A stretch of DNA of 64,000 nucleotides, taken from Pedobacter sp. GTDB lineage: Bacteria > Desulfobacterota > Desulfuromonadia > Desulfuromonadales > Syntrophotaleaceae. Position 1 is the first letter of the stretch. Each line of letters opens with the position of its first letter. The notes beneath the pieces were generated by a model that had not been told where the DNA came from, ran no database searches, and worked only from the letters and a program-made list of their open reading frames with translations. Location of the stretch: NCBI GenBank assembly GCA_050253415.1, contig JBFWJC010000001.1, forward strand, positions 224,001 through 288,000, read 5' to 3'. Below, one piece after another: positions 13,626 to 23,988 of this stretch. Made by a program: the position numbers and the translations under genes.

Positions 13626-15257
13626 ATGGAAAATAAAAATGTTTTTATAGCTCTTTTGTTGATGCTGGCGGTTTGGACAGGTTACACCATGTTTTTTGTG
13701 AAACCGACGACCACGGTTCCGCCTGCTGATGAGCAAGTTATCAGTGAACAACAAGATTTTATCCCTGCGATGAACGGGGAAACGGATAAATCTTCAAAGA
13801 CTACCAGTGTCCCGGTTGTGGTAAAACAGGTAGATGAAATAGCACAAGACTTTGTCGTGGAAACCGAGGATTATCGGGCCGTTTTTACCAACGTTGGTGC
13901 TCGTCTTAAAAGTCTTGAACTCAAAAAATATCGTGAAACTCTTCAAAAAGATTCACCTTTAGTCTCACTTATTGGTAGCAATGGTGATATCAGTACCTTC
14001 GCAACCACTGGCCATGCGGACATTTCCTTACCGGTTGATTATGTGTACACGGCAACTGTTCCGACTGAAGGTTTGGTGCTTCGGGATGGTGATGAGCGAG
14101 TTCTTCGTTTTACGGCTCTTTTAAATAATGGTGTTGTTGTAGAAAAAAATTATACCTTTAAGGGTACTGGGTACGACCTGAATCTTGGTATTCAAATTTA
14201 TAATCAATCCGAGGCGACCTTGCAGGGAAGCCTTGATTTTCTTTTGATGCAACCATGGTTTGAAGGTCGTGATGATTCTCGCTATTCCTTTGTAGGGCCT
14301 GCAGTTTATGACGATGGGGATCTCACCACTTATAAAGTAAAAAAACTTGAAGAACAGCCGATTCGACACGGTAATTCTGCAGTTTGGACCGCATTCGAGG
14401 ATAAATATTTTCTGACAGCTGCTGTACCCCTCGACAGTTTCAAGCACTCTTTTGTTTTGCAGAAAAACGCCGATTCGATCAGTAATATTATTGAGAGCGG
14501 TCCTTTGAAATTAGAAGCTAAACAGTCTTTATCTCTCGAATATCTGCTTTATGCAGGACCCCGGGATCTTGAAATTCTCGAAGGGGTTAATCATAATCTG
14601 GACAAAGCCGTTGATTTTGGTTTTTTTGATATGTTGGCCAGGCCTCTTCTGACGGTTCTTAAATTTTGCTATAACAATGTCATAAAAAATTACGGTGTCG
14701 CGATTATTCTGCTTACCGGCTTTATTAAAATTCTGTTCTGGCCTTTGACCCATAAGAGCTACAAATCGATGCGCGACATGCAAAAGTTGCAACCTGAAAT
14801 GCAGCGTTTGCGTGAAAAATATAAGAATGACAAAGAGCGGATGAACCGTGAAATCATGGAACTTTATCGTAATAATCGTGTAAACCCTATGGGCGGCTGC
14901 TTGCCTATGTTTGCACAGATTCCAGTTTTCTTTGCTCTTTATAAGGTATTGCTTGGATCAATTGCCCTGCGGCATGAACCCTTTATCTTCTGGATTCAGG
15001 ACTTGTCCGCCAAGGATCCCTATTATATTACCCCCATCATTATGGGGATAACCATGTTCATTCAGCAGAAAATGAGTCCGACCACCATGGATTCCCAGCA
15101 AGCAAAAATAATGCTCTTTATGCCTATTATTTTTACTTTCATGTTTTTAAATTTTCCTTCAGGTTTGGTTATTTACTGGCTGGTTAATAATGTTTTGACC
15201 ATTACCCAGCAGTGGTTCATAAATCGTGGCCCGGGTACTTTGACCCAAACTGCCTAA
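13626..15257 (+). CDS. yidC: Membrane protein insertase YidC
   Basis: NPMGGCLP, WIQDLSAKDPYY, PSGLVIYW. Confidence 0.97.
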   Translation: MENKNVFIALLLMLAVWTGYTMFFVKPTTTVPPADEQVISEQQDFIPAMNGETDKSSKTTSVPVVVKQVDEIAQDFVVETEDYRAVFTNVGARLKSLELKKYRETLQKDSPLVSLIGSNGDISTFATTGHADISLPVDYVYTATVPTEGLVLRDGDERVLRFTALLNNGVVVEKNYTFKGTGYDLNLGIQIYNQSEATLQGSLDFLLMQPWFEGRDDSRYSFVGPAVYDDGDLTTYKVKKLEEQPIRHGNSAVWTAFEDKYFLTAAVPLDSFKHSFVLQKNADSISNIIESGPLKLEAKQSLSLEYLLYAGPRDLEILEGVNHNLDKAVDFGFFDMLARPLLTVLKFCYNNVIKNYGVAIILLTGFIKILFWPLTHKSYKSMRDMQKLQPEMQRLREKYKNDKERMNREIMELYRNNRVNPMGGCLPMFAQIPVFFALYKVLLGSIALRHEPFIFWIQDLSAKDPYYITPIIMGITMFIQQKMSPTTMDSQQAKIMLFMPIIFTFMFLNFPSGLVIYWLVNNVLTITQQWFINRGPGTLTQTA

Positions 15258-15386
15258 ATAATCCTATTTTTGGCCTGGCACTTTCCGATTGCTTTTGCAA
15301 CAGAAAATGTCAGGCCTTTTCTTTGGTTGGTGGGGGTCATTTGGTCATATCCTTTTTTTATGCCTCTTTAAACAATATGTTGAATT

Positions 15387-16772
15387 ATGAATCAAACTCT
15401 AATATTTAGGGACGACACAATAGTGGCGCCGGCTACCCCGCCTGGAGAAGGTGGAATCGGCATCGTACGGCTTTCAGGACCTGGGGCTGAAGATCTGTTA
15501 TTAAGATTCTTCAGCCCCAGCCGTATATCTGCCCGTTTAGATTCTCATTACCTTTACCATGGGATTTTGAGCGATTGTTCCGGGCAACCTTTAGATGAAG
15601 TTATGGCCGTTCTGATGCGCAAACCTCGCTCTTATACCCGCGAGGATGTGGTCGAAATTCATTGTCATGGGGGGACATTGGTCCTCAGGCGTATATTGGA
15701 TTTGTTTCTTGCTGCGGGGGCGCGTTTGGCCAGGCCTGGTGAGTTTACCTTACGGGCTTTTGTTAATGGCCGTATCGATTTAACTCAGGCCGAGGCAGTT
15801 ATCGATCTGATACGCTCTCGTTCCCAGCTGGCCAGTGACGTTGCTCTAGGTCAACTCGAAGGTCGCCTTGCAGGAAAGATCCAGGAGTTCAGGGAACGAA
15901 TTACCGATCTTCTCGCCGAAATTGAAGCGGCTATTGACTTCCCGGAAGAAGATATTGAATTAGATAGTGAACATGTTTTGGGTAAAAAAACCGGAACCCT
16001 GCTCGCTGACATGGACCATGTCATCAATACCTTTGATTCTGGGCGCATATTACGTGAAGGGTTGAATATTCTCATTTTTGGCCGACCAAATGTTGGAAAA
16101 AGCTCATTAATGAATAGTCTTCTTGGTGAGGCTCGCGCCATTGTTACAGATATTCCAGGCACTACGCGCGATACCATTGAAGAGGATTTGGTTTTAGCTG
16201 GAATACCCCTTCGGTTGGTGGATACCGCGGGTATACGCACTACCGATGATCCTGTTGAACAGGAAGGTGTTCGGCGTGCACGTATTAAGGTGGATTCTGC
16301 TGACCTTATTCTTCTGGTTGTTGATGGTAGTGCTGGGTTGACTGAAGATGATTTATTGGCACTGGACTTCTGTCGTGGGAGGGATGTCCTTGTTGTGTTG
16401 AATAAGTCGGACCTTGGTAGTTTACCTATCCCTGAAGCTCTTGAAGGGTTTCCTCTGGTAAGGGTATCTGCACTTGACGGCAACGGGCTTGATTTTTTAA
16501 CTAAGGCTATTCAAGATCGTTTTTCTGGAAATGGAAAAGCGACCGATATCAGAGAAACAGTGGTTATTACAGACAGACGTCATCGTCAGGCGCTGCTTCA
16601 GGCGAGAGAAGCCCTTAGCCGCTTTCGTAAAATACTTACTCAGGGTTTGTCGCCTGAGTTTGGAGCGGTTGAGTTGCACGAGGCTCTTGATGCCGTAGGT
16701 GAAATTACTGGTGAGACTACGCCTGATGAAATACTGGATAAAATTTTTATGAAATTTTGTATTGGTAAATAA
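15387..16772 (+). CDS. mnmE: tRNA modification GTPase MnmE
   Basis: GRPNVGKSS, DIPGTTRD, DTAG, C-terminal FCIGK. Confidence 0.97.
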   Translation: MNQTLIFRDDTIVAPATPPGEGGIGIVRLSGPGAEDLLLRFFSPSRISARLDSHYLYHGILSDCSGQPLDEVMAVLMRKPRSYTREDVVEIHCHGGTLVLRRILDLFLAAGARLARPGEFTLRAFVNGRIDLTQAEAVIDLIRSRSQLASDVALGQLEGRLAGKIQEFRERITDLLAEIEAAIDFPEEDIELDSEHVLGKKTGTLLADMDHVINTFDSGRILREGLNILIFGRPNVGKSSLMNSLLGEARAIVTDIPGTTRDTIEEDLVLAGIPLRLVDTAGIRTTDDPVEQEGVRRARIKVDSADLILLVVDGSAGLTEDDLLALDFCRGRDVLVVLNKSDLGSLPIPEALEGFPLVRVSALDGNGLDFLTKAIQDRFSGNGKATDIRETVVITDRRHRQALLQAREALSRFRKILTQGLSPEFGAVELHEALDAVGEITGETTPDEILDKIFMKFCIGK

Positions 16773-16774
16773 CA

Positions 16775-16790
16775 TGTTTCACGTGAAACA
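16775..16790. promoter_or_regulatory. parS: parS centromere-like site (perfect consensus)
   Basis: TGTTTCACGTGAAACA, extended to the 20-bp palindrome CATGTTTCACGTGAAACATG. Confidence 0.95.
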
Positions 16791-16844
16791 TGCTTTGGTG
16801 TAGTTTTTATGGATGAGTCTATATAACGGTAAAGCGGATTAGTT

Positions 16845-18704
16845 ATGGCTGGTTACGGTAAGGAATACGAAGTTATTGTGGTCGGTGCGGGGCATGCCGG
16901 ATGTGAAGCTGCTCTTGCGAGTGCCAGGATGGGATGTCGCACTCTGTTGCTTAATTTGCATTTGGATGCTGTGGCACAAATGTCGTGTAATCCAGCTATA
17001 GGTGGTTTGGCCAAAGGACATCTGGTGCGAGAAATAGATGCCTTGGGTGGTGAAATGGCCAGGGTTATTGATGCGACGGGTATTCAGTTCAGAACGCTGA
17101 ATACCAAGAAAGGTCCAGCTGTTCGTGCGACAAGAGCGCAGGCGGATCGACGCGCGTATCAAATGCATATGAAGCAGGTGATCGAGTCTCAGATGAACCT
17201 GGATCTGAAACAGGGGTCGGTTGTGAGACTAGTGATGCAGGGGGAAAAAGTCTGTGGCGTAGAGACTTCGGATGGGCTCTGTTTTTACGGTCAGGCAGTT
17301 GTTTTAACCACCGGAACATTTATGCGCGGCCTTATTCATGTGGGTTTGCAACATTTTCCTGGCGGCAGGGCTGGAGAGCCTGCATCTATGGGGTTGTCCG
17401 ATCATTTGTCCGAGCTTGGTCTGCGTGTGGGACGGTTGAAAACCGGTACCCCTGCCCGTCTTGATGGAAATACGATAAATTATAACGATCTTGAACCCCA
17501 ATTTGGTGATTTTCCTCCCCTCCCCTTTTCCGCTGATACCAAGGCAATTACAAGCAAGCAGGTCCCCTGTTATATTACTGCTACCAATGCCAAAACACAT
17601 GCGATTATTCGTTCTGGGCTCGATAGATCTCCTTTGTACCAAGGGGTTATAGAGGGAGTTGGACCAAGATATTGCCCCTCTATAGAAGACAAGGTCGTGC
17701 GATTTCCGGATCGAGAAAGCCATCATGTATTTTTGGAGCCAGAGGGTTTGGGCACGTCGGAGGTATATCCTAATGGCGTATCAACTTCTCTCCCTCCGGA
17801 TGTTCAATTGGCTTTTCTTAGGACCATACCGGGTTTGGAAAACGTAGAAATTATGCGCCCAGGATATGCCATAGAATACGATTTTATCGATCCGGTGCAA
17901 CTGCAACCTAGTCTGGAAACTAAAATCATTAAAGGTCTTTTTCTTGCCGGTCAGATTAACGGAACATCGGGGTATGAAGAAGCTGCAGCGCAGGGTTTGA
18001 TGGCCGGTATAAATGCTGTTCAGGGTATCCGGAACCAGCCTCCCCTGGTGTTGGGTAGGGATCAGGCTTATATAGGCGTTATGGTAGATGATCTGATTAC
18101 CTGCGGGACATCCGAGCCGTATAGGATGTTTACATCTCGAGCCGAGTATCGTTTGTTGTTGCGGGAGGATAATGCCGACCAGCGCTTAACCCCGATAGGG
18201 AAGCGTTTAGGCTTGATTACGGAAGATCGCTGGACGCGTTTTTCGGAAAAAATGGATCAGATCGAGTTCGGGCGAAAATTACTTGATACTCTGCGAGTGG
18301 CTCCTTCGGACCAGGAGGCGTTGCGTAGTCTTGGTTTAAAAGAACTGAAGAATGGGGTTTCTCTCTCCCATCTACTCAGGCGTCCTGAGGTGCAGTTTGA
18401 CGATATCGTCTTTGCCGATGAACAATTGGCTGATTTTTCTCCTGCGGTACGAGAGCAGTTGCAGATTGAAATCAAATATGAAGGTTATATTGCAAGGCAA
18501 CAGGAGGTAGTTGAGCGCTTTAGGCGCTCGGAGCAGGTCTGCATTCCCAACGATATGGACTATAGTGGAATTGATGGCTTGTCCACGGAGGTTAAAGAGA
18601 AATTAAACAAGGTGCGTCCGGTCAGTTTGGGACAAGCCGCCCGTATTCCAGGAATGACGCCGGCTGCTGTGGCGATTCTGTCAGTGCTTTTGCGCAGGAA
18701 GTAG
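16845..18704 (+). CDS. mnmG: tRNA uridine 5-carboxymethylaminomethyl modification enzyme
   Basis: [46 protein letters not shown]. Confidence 0.98.
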   Translation: MAGYGKEYEVIVVGAGHAGCEAALASARMGCRTLLLNLHLDAVAQMSCNPAIGGLAKGHLVREIDALGGEMARVIDATGIQFRTLNTKKGPAVRATRAQADRRAYQMHMKQVIESQMNLDLKQGSVVRLVMQGEKVCGVETSDGLCFYGQAVVLTTGTFMRGLIHVGLQHFPGGRAGEPASMGLSDHLSELGLRVGRLKTGTPARLDGNTINYNDLEPQFGDFPPLPFSADTKAITSKQVPCYITATNAKTHAIIRSGLDRSPLYQGVIEGVGPRYCPSIEDKVVRFPDRESHHVFLEPEGLGTSEVYPNGVSTSLPPDVQLAFLRTIPGLENVEIMRPGYAIEYDFIDPVQLQPSLETKIIKGLFLAGQINGTSGYEEAAAQGLMAGINAVQGIRNQPPLVLGRDQAYIGVMVDDLITCGTSEPYRMFTSRAEYRLLLREDNADQRLTPIGKRLGLITEDRWTRFSEKMDQIEFGRKLLDTLRVAPSDQEALRSLGLKELKNGVSLSHLLRRPEVQFDDIVFADEQLADFSPAVREQLQIEIKYEGYIARQQEVVERFRRSEQVCIPNDMDYSGIDGLSTEVKEKLNKVRPVSLGQAARIPGMTPAAVAILSVLLRRK

Positions 18705-19375
18705 TGTTGGCAATGGAAAAAAGATTGCAAGAGTTGTTGTTGGCAATCAATGTGAAGCTTGATCCTTGTGCTCATGGCCAATTGGTGTGGTATCTGCAAG
18801 AAATGCTGCGGTGGAATCGCAGTATTAATCTCACCGCTATTAAGGACCCTGTCGAAGCACTGGAAAAGCATTTGTTTGATTGTTTAACCCTGGTTCCTTT
18901 CCTGCGGGGAGATGAATTGTTGTTGGATATGGGGTCAGGCGCTGGTTTGCCAGGTATACCGTTGAAAATAGCGCGACCTATGCTGCGAGTTTTGTCTGTT
19001 GATAGTGTCCATAAAAAAATTGTGTTTCAGCAGCATGTCGCACGCACGCTGGCTTTTCAGGCGTTTGAAGCTAAATCCTGTCGGGTTGAATCCTTGGCCG
19101 CCACTGCTGATTATAGACATGCGTTTGATGTGGTTACGGCAAGGGCTTTGACCCATCTTTCGCAATTGATGGAAATGGCCGAACCTTTTTTGGAAACAGG
19201 AGGAAGGTTGTTGGCCATGAAGGGTCCTGAGGGGGACAAGGAACTGGATGAGTCGGACGCTATAAGGGATGCTTGTGGGTTCAATGTGGAAAAAATTCAC
19301 CGCATGAAATTACCGTTATCGCAAGCAGAAAGAACCTTAATTGTGTTGAAAAGAAGTGTTCTGCGTCCTACCTAG
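18704..19375 (+). CDS. rsmG: 16S rRNA m7G527 methyltransferase
   Basis: WNRSINLTA, LDMGSGAGLPG, VTARA; start may be ATG 18713. Confidence 0.95.
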   Translation: MLAMEKRLQELLLAINVKLDPCAHGQLVWYLQEMLRWNRSINLTAIKDPVEALEKHLFDCLTLVPFLRGDELLLDMGSGAGLPGIPLKIARPMLRVLSVDSVHKKIVFQQHVARTLAFQAFEAKSCRVESLAATADYRHAFDVVTARALTHLSQLMEMAEPFLETGGRLLAMKGPEGDKELDESDAIRDACGFNVEKIHRMKLPLSQAERTLIVLKRSVLRPT

Positions 19376-19459
19376 GGATAAAGCCGACCTTTTCCCTTTG
19401 AGGAAGTGGGTGTTTATGATAGGATTTCTGCCCGGACACAGGGTAAAGGAGATCCAAAT

Positions 19460-20224
19460 ATGGGTCAAATCATCGCCATAGCCAACCAAAAAGGTGGCGT
19501 CGGTAAAACCACTACATCAATAAATCTTTCTGCATCGCTTGCGGTCGCGGAAAAACGAACACTTCTGGTCGATTTGGATCCCCAATCCAATGCCAGTAGC
19601 GGTGTCGGAATGGTATCCGAAAATATTCGCTATACGACCTATCAGGCGCTTCTTGGCCAGGTGGAAACCAGCGAGGTTATTGCGGATACCGGTATTGAAT
19701 TTCTGAAAATTCTGCCTTCGACTACCGACCTAATTGGTGCCGAAATTGAATTGATCGGCGAAGCCGACAGGGAAGCCCGATTGAAATCGGCACTTAGACA
19801 GATTCGGGATGAGTTTGATTATATTCTGATTGATTGTCCGCCTTCGCTCGGACTGTTGACCATTAACGCCCTGACCGCAGCCGATTCCGTGCTGGTTCCT
19901 TTGCAATGTGAATATTATGCCATGGAGGGGCTCAGCCAGTTAACCCGCACCATCGACCTGATCCAGAGACAGTTGAATCCTGCTTTATCTCTGTGTGGAA
20001 TCCTTCTGACCATGTTTGATGGTCGTAATAACTTATCCCATCAGGTCAGTGACGAGATCCGTCGGCACTTTACAGATCGCGTTTTTAAGACAGTTATCCC
20101 GCGCAATGTGCGTTTATCAGAAGCCCCGAGCCACGGACTCCCCATTTTGCAATACGACATTTCTTCCCGGGGAGCCGAAGCCTATCTTGCTCTTGCGAGA
20201 GAAATTATTCATACAGGCATTTGA
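19460..20224 (+). CDS. parA: Chromosome partitioning ATPase ParA/Soj
   Basis: NQKGGVGKTT, DCPPSLG, IPRNVRLSEAPSHG; ATG at 19460 with AAGGAG RBS. Confidence 0.96.
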   Translation: MGQIIAIANQKGGVGKTTTSINLSASLAVAEKRTLLVDLDPQSNASSGVGMVSENIRYTTYQALLGQVETSEVIADTGIEFLKILPSTTDLIGAEIELIGEADREARLKSALRQIRDEFDYILIDCPPSLGLLTINALTAADSVLVPLQCEYYAMEGLSQLTRTIDLIQRQLNPALSLCGILLTMFDGRNNLSHQVSDEIRRHFTDRVFKTVIPRNVRLSEAPSHGLPILQYDISSRGAEAYLALAREIIHTGI

Positions 20225-20225
20225 T

Positions 20226-21080
20226 ATGGCCAAAAAACCTGCCCTCGGTAAAGGGATCGGCGCTTTGCTGGATCCTGCCATCAAACAAGAATCCCATCGC
20301 TTCTTTTTCTGCCCCATCGAAGAATTGCGGCCTCTGAAGAATCAGCCACGCAAAGTTTTTGATGATCAGAAGCTTGCGGAATTAGAGGCCTCGATCAGAG
20401 CCCGCGGCATTATTCAACCTCTGGTTGTACGCCGAATGTCTGATCATTATCAGATCATCGCGGGTGAACGGCGTTGGCGCGCAGCGCAGCGGTCCGGTTT
20501 GAAAAAGGTGCCGGTCTTAATTCATGAGGCCACCGAAGACGCAGCTGTAGAGATGGCTCTTATTGAGAACATCCAGCGGGAAAACCTCAATCCCATTGAG
20601 GAAGCCACCGCCTATCAGAGTCTCATCCAGGCGTTCAATCTTACCCAGGAGGATGTAGCGGGTCGCGTCGGGAAAGATCGGTCGACTGTAACCAATTCAC
20701 TTCGTCTGCTTCGGTTGCCGGAAGCGGTCCGGGAGGACCTCTCTGTCGGTACCTTGGCCATGGGGCATGCTCGGGCTTTGTTGTCTCTCGAATCTGTGCC
20801 AATGCAGTTGCTACGCGTCCGTGACCAGGTTTTATCAAAGGGGTTGTCTGTAAGGGAAACTGAAGCTTTAGTCAAAAGAGCCAAAAAAGCAGCATTGGCG
20901 CCCCCTGCTCCACCCAAAAAACCCGATGCAAACTTACAGGCTCTCGAAGACAACCTGAAACAAAGCCTGGGAACAAAGGTTAAAATCGTGGCCAAGAAAA
21001 AAGGTGGCAAAATAGAAATAAGCTATTTTTCACCGGATGACTTGGAACGTCTTCTGGAGCGTCTTGGAATATCTTATTGA
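20226..21080 (+). CDS. parB: Chromosome partitioning protein ParB/Spo0J
   Basis: MAKKPALGKGI, IAGERRWRAA, ENIQRENLNPIEEA, HTH. Confidence 0.96.
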   Translation: MAKKPALGKGIGALLDPAIKQESHRFFFCPIEELRPLKNQPRKVFDDQKLAELEASIRARGIIQPLVVRRMSDHYQIIAGERRWRAAQRSGLKKVPVLIHEATEDAAVEMALIENIQRENLNPIEEATAYQSLIQAFNLTQEDVAGRVGKDRSTVTNSLRLLRLPEAVREDLSVGTLAMGHARALLSLESVPMQLLRVRDQVLSKGLSVRETEALVKRAKKAALAPPAPPKKPDANLQALEDNLKQSLGTKVKIVAKKKGGKIEISYFSPDDLERLLERLGISY

Positions 21081-21099
21081 CGAAGTGGAGATAATATTA

Positions 21100-21489
21100 A
21101 TGGGTCGAAAAGAAAAACGTGCGTTGTCCAAGGATGCCAACACCCAGTCCGGTGAAATTCGGGCTTTTTTAGGGGATGGCAGTAAGTTTGAAGGAACTTT
21201 GGTGTTTGACGACATTGTTCGTATGGATGGCCATTTCCAGGGAAGCATTACCTCTAGCGACACCCTTATTGCCGGCGAAACGGCCCAAATTCAGGCCGAT
21301 ATTCGGGTAGGCACCCTGATCTTGTCAGGCAAGTTCAAAGGGACCATTGAAGCTCGAAATAAAGTCGAATTAAGAGCTCCCGCCATTGTGGAAGGGACTA
21401 TACAGACCCCGGTACTCGTGGTCGAAGAGGGCGTGGTTATTAATAGTTCCATAACCATGATGACCAGCACCCCTACCAGTTCCGACTAG
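21100..21489 (+). CDS. Bactofilin (polymer-forming cytoskeletal protein)
   Basis: LGDGSKFEGTL..VRMDGHFQGSI beta-helix pattern. Confidence 0.85.
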   Translation: MGRKEKRALSKDANTQSGEIRAFLGDGSKFEGTLVFDDIVRMDGHFQGSITSSDTLIAGETAQIQADIRVGTLILSGKFKGTIEARNKVELRAPAIVEGTIQTPVLVVEEGVVINSSITMMTSTPTSSD

Positions 21490-22032
21490 TTTTCGTTCGG
21501 ATAAACCAGTCAAATAATCTCTATACCTATTTTCGCTGACTCGGGTGACCAACCCGAAGCTGTTAGGTATTGAGTCCAAATTGCACAAGGCGCGCAGATT
21601 TAATCCTGCCCATTATTTAAAGTCGGAATTAATTGCGCGCAACATTCCACCTGCGAAGCGGCTTTTAATATAAGTAGAGACGCCTTACGCTATCTGGATG
21701 TTTGCCTCTCGCCCCATGCGCCGACACGTTGCTCCTCTTTCAAAAACACCATAAAACTATACAACCTCAGGTTGAAGAGAAAAAACAGGCAAGATCGATT
21801 GTCCTTTTTGGTTAAAGAGGGGTGTTTTTGTGTTGCTTGTATCATTTTTGTTGCGATCACTATACGTTGTATACCGATAGAGTGAGCGGGCGATAGAATT
21901 TGCAAAAAATCTCTGCCCGTTGCAGAATAAGTTATCTTAAATAAGGTTACCCAGTATAAAATAAATATCTAAAATATCAATAATATCAATGGTATACGCT
22001 CGAATTTAAGGCGCAATTCAAGGGTCTGTGGG

Positions 22033-23229
22033 ATGAGTGGAAAACTTACCGGCAAAACCATTTTACATCTCGATATGGATGCCTTTTACGCCAGTGTCGA
22101 ACAACGGGATCGGGCCGACCTGAGAGGTCGACCGGTGATTGTAGGCGGACACCGTATGCGCGGAGTCGTATGTGCTTGTTCCTACGAAGCCCGCGTTTTT
22201 GGCGTGCATTCGGCTATGCCGATCAGCCGTGCGTTGCGGTTGTGCCCCCAAGCCATAGTCCTGCCGGTGCGTATGTCGCGTTACCAGGAAATCTCTGCAC
22301 AGGTTTTTGGAATTTTTGATAGGTATACCGATCTTATTGAACCCATATCGGTGGATGAGGCGTTTCTGGATGTTACCGGCAGCAAACGTTTGTTTGGGTC
22401 CGGGTGGGACATTGCGAAAAAAATCCGCCGGGATGTCCGTGAGGAATTGGGGCTTGCCATCAGTGCCGGCATTGCGCATAACAAGTTTTTGGCTAAATTG
22501 GCATCGGAACAGGCCAAACCCGACGGTATATTTCAGGTACCGGAGGTCGTAGATGACTTCCTTCTCCCCCTTCCCTTGAAGCGCTTGTGGGGGGTGGGAC
22601 CGGTGACGCTGCGCGAACTTCAGAGCTTGGGACTGCGAACCGTTGGAGATTTACGAACGGTGGATCGTTCTTTTCTGGAAGCTCGTTTCGGCCAGGCCGG
22701 TGCTCTGCTGTTCAGGTTGGCAAGAGGGGAAGACAGCCGACAAGTGCTCCCGCAAAGGGAGCTGAAGTCCATTGGCCACGAGGATACCTTTGATAAAGAC
22801 CTTTGGCAGGTTGAGTCTATGCATGTGGTGCTACTCGATCTTGCAGAACGGGTGGCCACACGGCTACGAAAACATAGCGTAATGGGTACAACCCTTACCC
22901 TCAAGGTCAAGTACGCCGATTTTTCCACAGTGACCCGCTCCAGGACTGTTCCCGATGGGATCGCTCATGCCAGCGACATGCTTGCTTTGGCCAGGGAACT
23001 CCTTGATAAAACCGAAGCGGGCAGGAAGCCTGTTCGCCTGCTTGGCATCAGCATCAACAATTTGATGGAAGCGGGACTTGGCCAGGGATTGTTGTTTGAT
23101 GGAGATAGGCAACAGCAGTTAAACGACCTTGATCGCGCCGTGGACCGCCTGCGAGAACGCTATGGGGAAAACGGTATTTGCCGCGGGACCTTGGTTGGGC
23201 GTCGTAAACGGGGCTTACCGGAGGATTAA
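22033..23229 (+). CDS. dinB: DNA polymerase IV
   Basis: HLDMDAFYASVE, SYEAR.FGV.SAM, SVDEAFLD. Confidence 0.96.
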   Translation: MSGKLTGKTILHLDMDAFYASVEQRDRADLRGRPVIVGGHRMRGVVCACSYEARVFGVHSAMPISRALRLCPQAIVLPVRMSRYQEISAQVFGIFDRYTDLIEPISVDEAFLDVTGSKRLFGSGWDIAKKIRRDVREELGLAISAGIAHNKFLAKLASEQAKPDGIFQVPEVVDDFLLPLPLKRLWGVGPVTLRELQSLGLRTVGDLRTVDRSFLEARFGQAGALLFRLARGEDSRQVLPQRELKSIGHEDTFDKDLWQVESMHVVLLDLAERVATRLRKHSVMGTTLTLKVKYADFSTVTRSRTVPDGIAHASDMLALARELLDKTEAGRKPVRLLGISINNLMEAGLGQGLLFDGDRQQQLNDLDRAVDRLRERYGENGICRGTLVGRRKRGLPED

Positions 23230-23988
23230 CGACTTTACCGTGTCCACACAGCGCAACAGGGCGTCGCAGTCATGGATCTCCAGGGTTATACTTGGGGGAC
23301 TCTTGAGGGTGCCAACCAGGCGGAACAGTTTATCGAAATCGATATCGCCCTCTCCTACGGCCATATGTGCATCGCGGTCGCCGCAGTTGTCATGCACATG
23401 CAGATGACGGATCCAGGGGGCAAGCGAGTCAAACCACCGCTCCATCGAGTCTTTGCCGAACAGGCGCCAGTGACCGGCATCAAAACAATGGCCCAGCCAA
23501 GGTGAATCAAGCGTTTTAAGAACCGCAACCAGGGTGTCGGGCGTTTCCTCGAAGATATTTTCCAGAACCAACTGGCACTGTTGCCGGGCGGCCTGTTCCA
23601 GCACAGATGGGAAAAACTCCAGGCAGGCATCGATCCAGGGTTGGCTTTGACCACCATAGCGCCAACGTTCATACCCGGGATGCAGGACCACCAAACTGGC
23701 CTGCAGGAGATCGGCAACCTCCAGGGTTTCCATCCAGCGTTGACGGGTCGCATCGCGGACCAGAGGTTCGAGGGCGCCGGGGTTCAGATCCATAAACGGT
23801 GCATGCACCGTCACCGCCAGACCTTCTTCGGCCAGTCGGCGGCCTGCCTGTTTAACCAAAGGGCGTAGCGAGGGGTCGAGATCGGGCCACTTAAAGGCTA
23901 TTTCGGGTTGCAGGCGATGTTTCTGCAGCAAGGGAAAGTGCCTGTCGAACTGGCTGAAGGGAATATGCACATGCATCTGATCAGACAT
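23215..23988 (-). CDS. Sugar-phosphate isomerase/epimerase (AP endonuclease 2 TIM barrel) family
   Basis: HAPF, LEN, CFDAGH, HLHVHDN..D.H, LE motifs. Confidence 0.85.
   Translation of the reverse strand: MSDQMHVHIPFSQFDRHFPLLQKHRLQPEIAFKWPDLDPSLRPLVKQAGRRLAEEGLAVTVHAPFMDLNPGALEPLVRDATRQRWMETLEVADLLQASLVVLHPGYERWRYGGQSQPWIDACLEFFPSVLEQAARQQCQLVLENIFEETPDTLVAVLKTLDSPWLGHCFDAGHWRLFGKDSMERWFDSLAPWIRHLHVHDNCGDRDAHMAVGEGDIDFDKLFRLVGTLKSPPSITLEIHDCDALLRCVDTVKSLILR

Noticed and set aside
21943..21960. GGTTAC.. upstream of dinB as a LexA box
   Set aside because: Only the left GGTT-N2-C part matches the Geobacter-type motif; the right half is absent.
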